The notes under the pieces were generated by a model. That model did no database searches and had not been told where the DNA came from. It was given only the letters and a program-made list of their open reading frames with translations. This document shows, in pieces, positions 59,240-64,000 of a stretch of DNA of 64,000 bases. The stretch lies in assembly GCA_039096225.1 (NCBI GenBank), contig JBBPEB010000003.1, forward strand, positions 496,001 to 560,000, written 5' to 3'. The first letter of the stretch is position 1, and each line of letters starts with the position of its first letter. This DNA comes from Blastocystis sp. Blastoise. Its lineage: Eukaryota; Protista; Bigyra: Opalinata. The translations under genes and the position numbers were made by a program.

Positions 59240-64000
<4,761 letters not shown>

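Overview
Very AT-rich, intron-dense eukaryotic (protist) nuclear DNA read in the standard genetic code. Most ORF-track entries are exon fragments running into (TA)n/(AAT)n introns, so I spliced the genes by hand. The window holds 16 protein genes: a 5'-partial bZIP factor, EXD2-like exonuclease, TLDc protein, NTPCR, TBC1D23-like, mitochondrial PEPCK-like protein, stand-alone zf-UBP, PRKRIP1, TRMT2A, NUP50-like, an unknown membrane protein, a degenerate UPF1 paralogue, TRRAP/Tra1, a CPBP/Abi protease that the ORF track largely misses, a tetraspanin and SNRNP27. It also holds tRNA-Pro(AGG) and a disrupted UTP20-like gene. Main observations: (1) three frame-restoring U12-type AT-AC introns, two of them in EXD2 and one in TRRAP; (2) a candidate GA-AG intron; (3) a structured GC-rich island and an H/ACA-like hairpin in one bZIP intron; (4) a gene-poor block at 55.8-59.3 kb with a TIR-like end, a dense TGAC array and two homologous tRNA-like elements; (5) recurrent CCCGYG(GG) and CACGTG motifs written into exons with rare codons. 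A Blastocystis-like stramenopile source is plausible but is only an inference.
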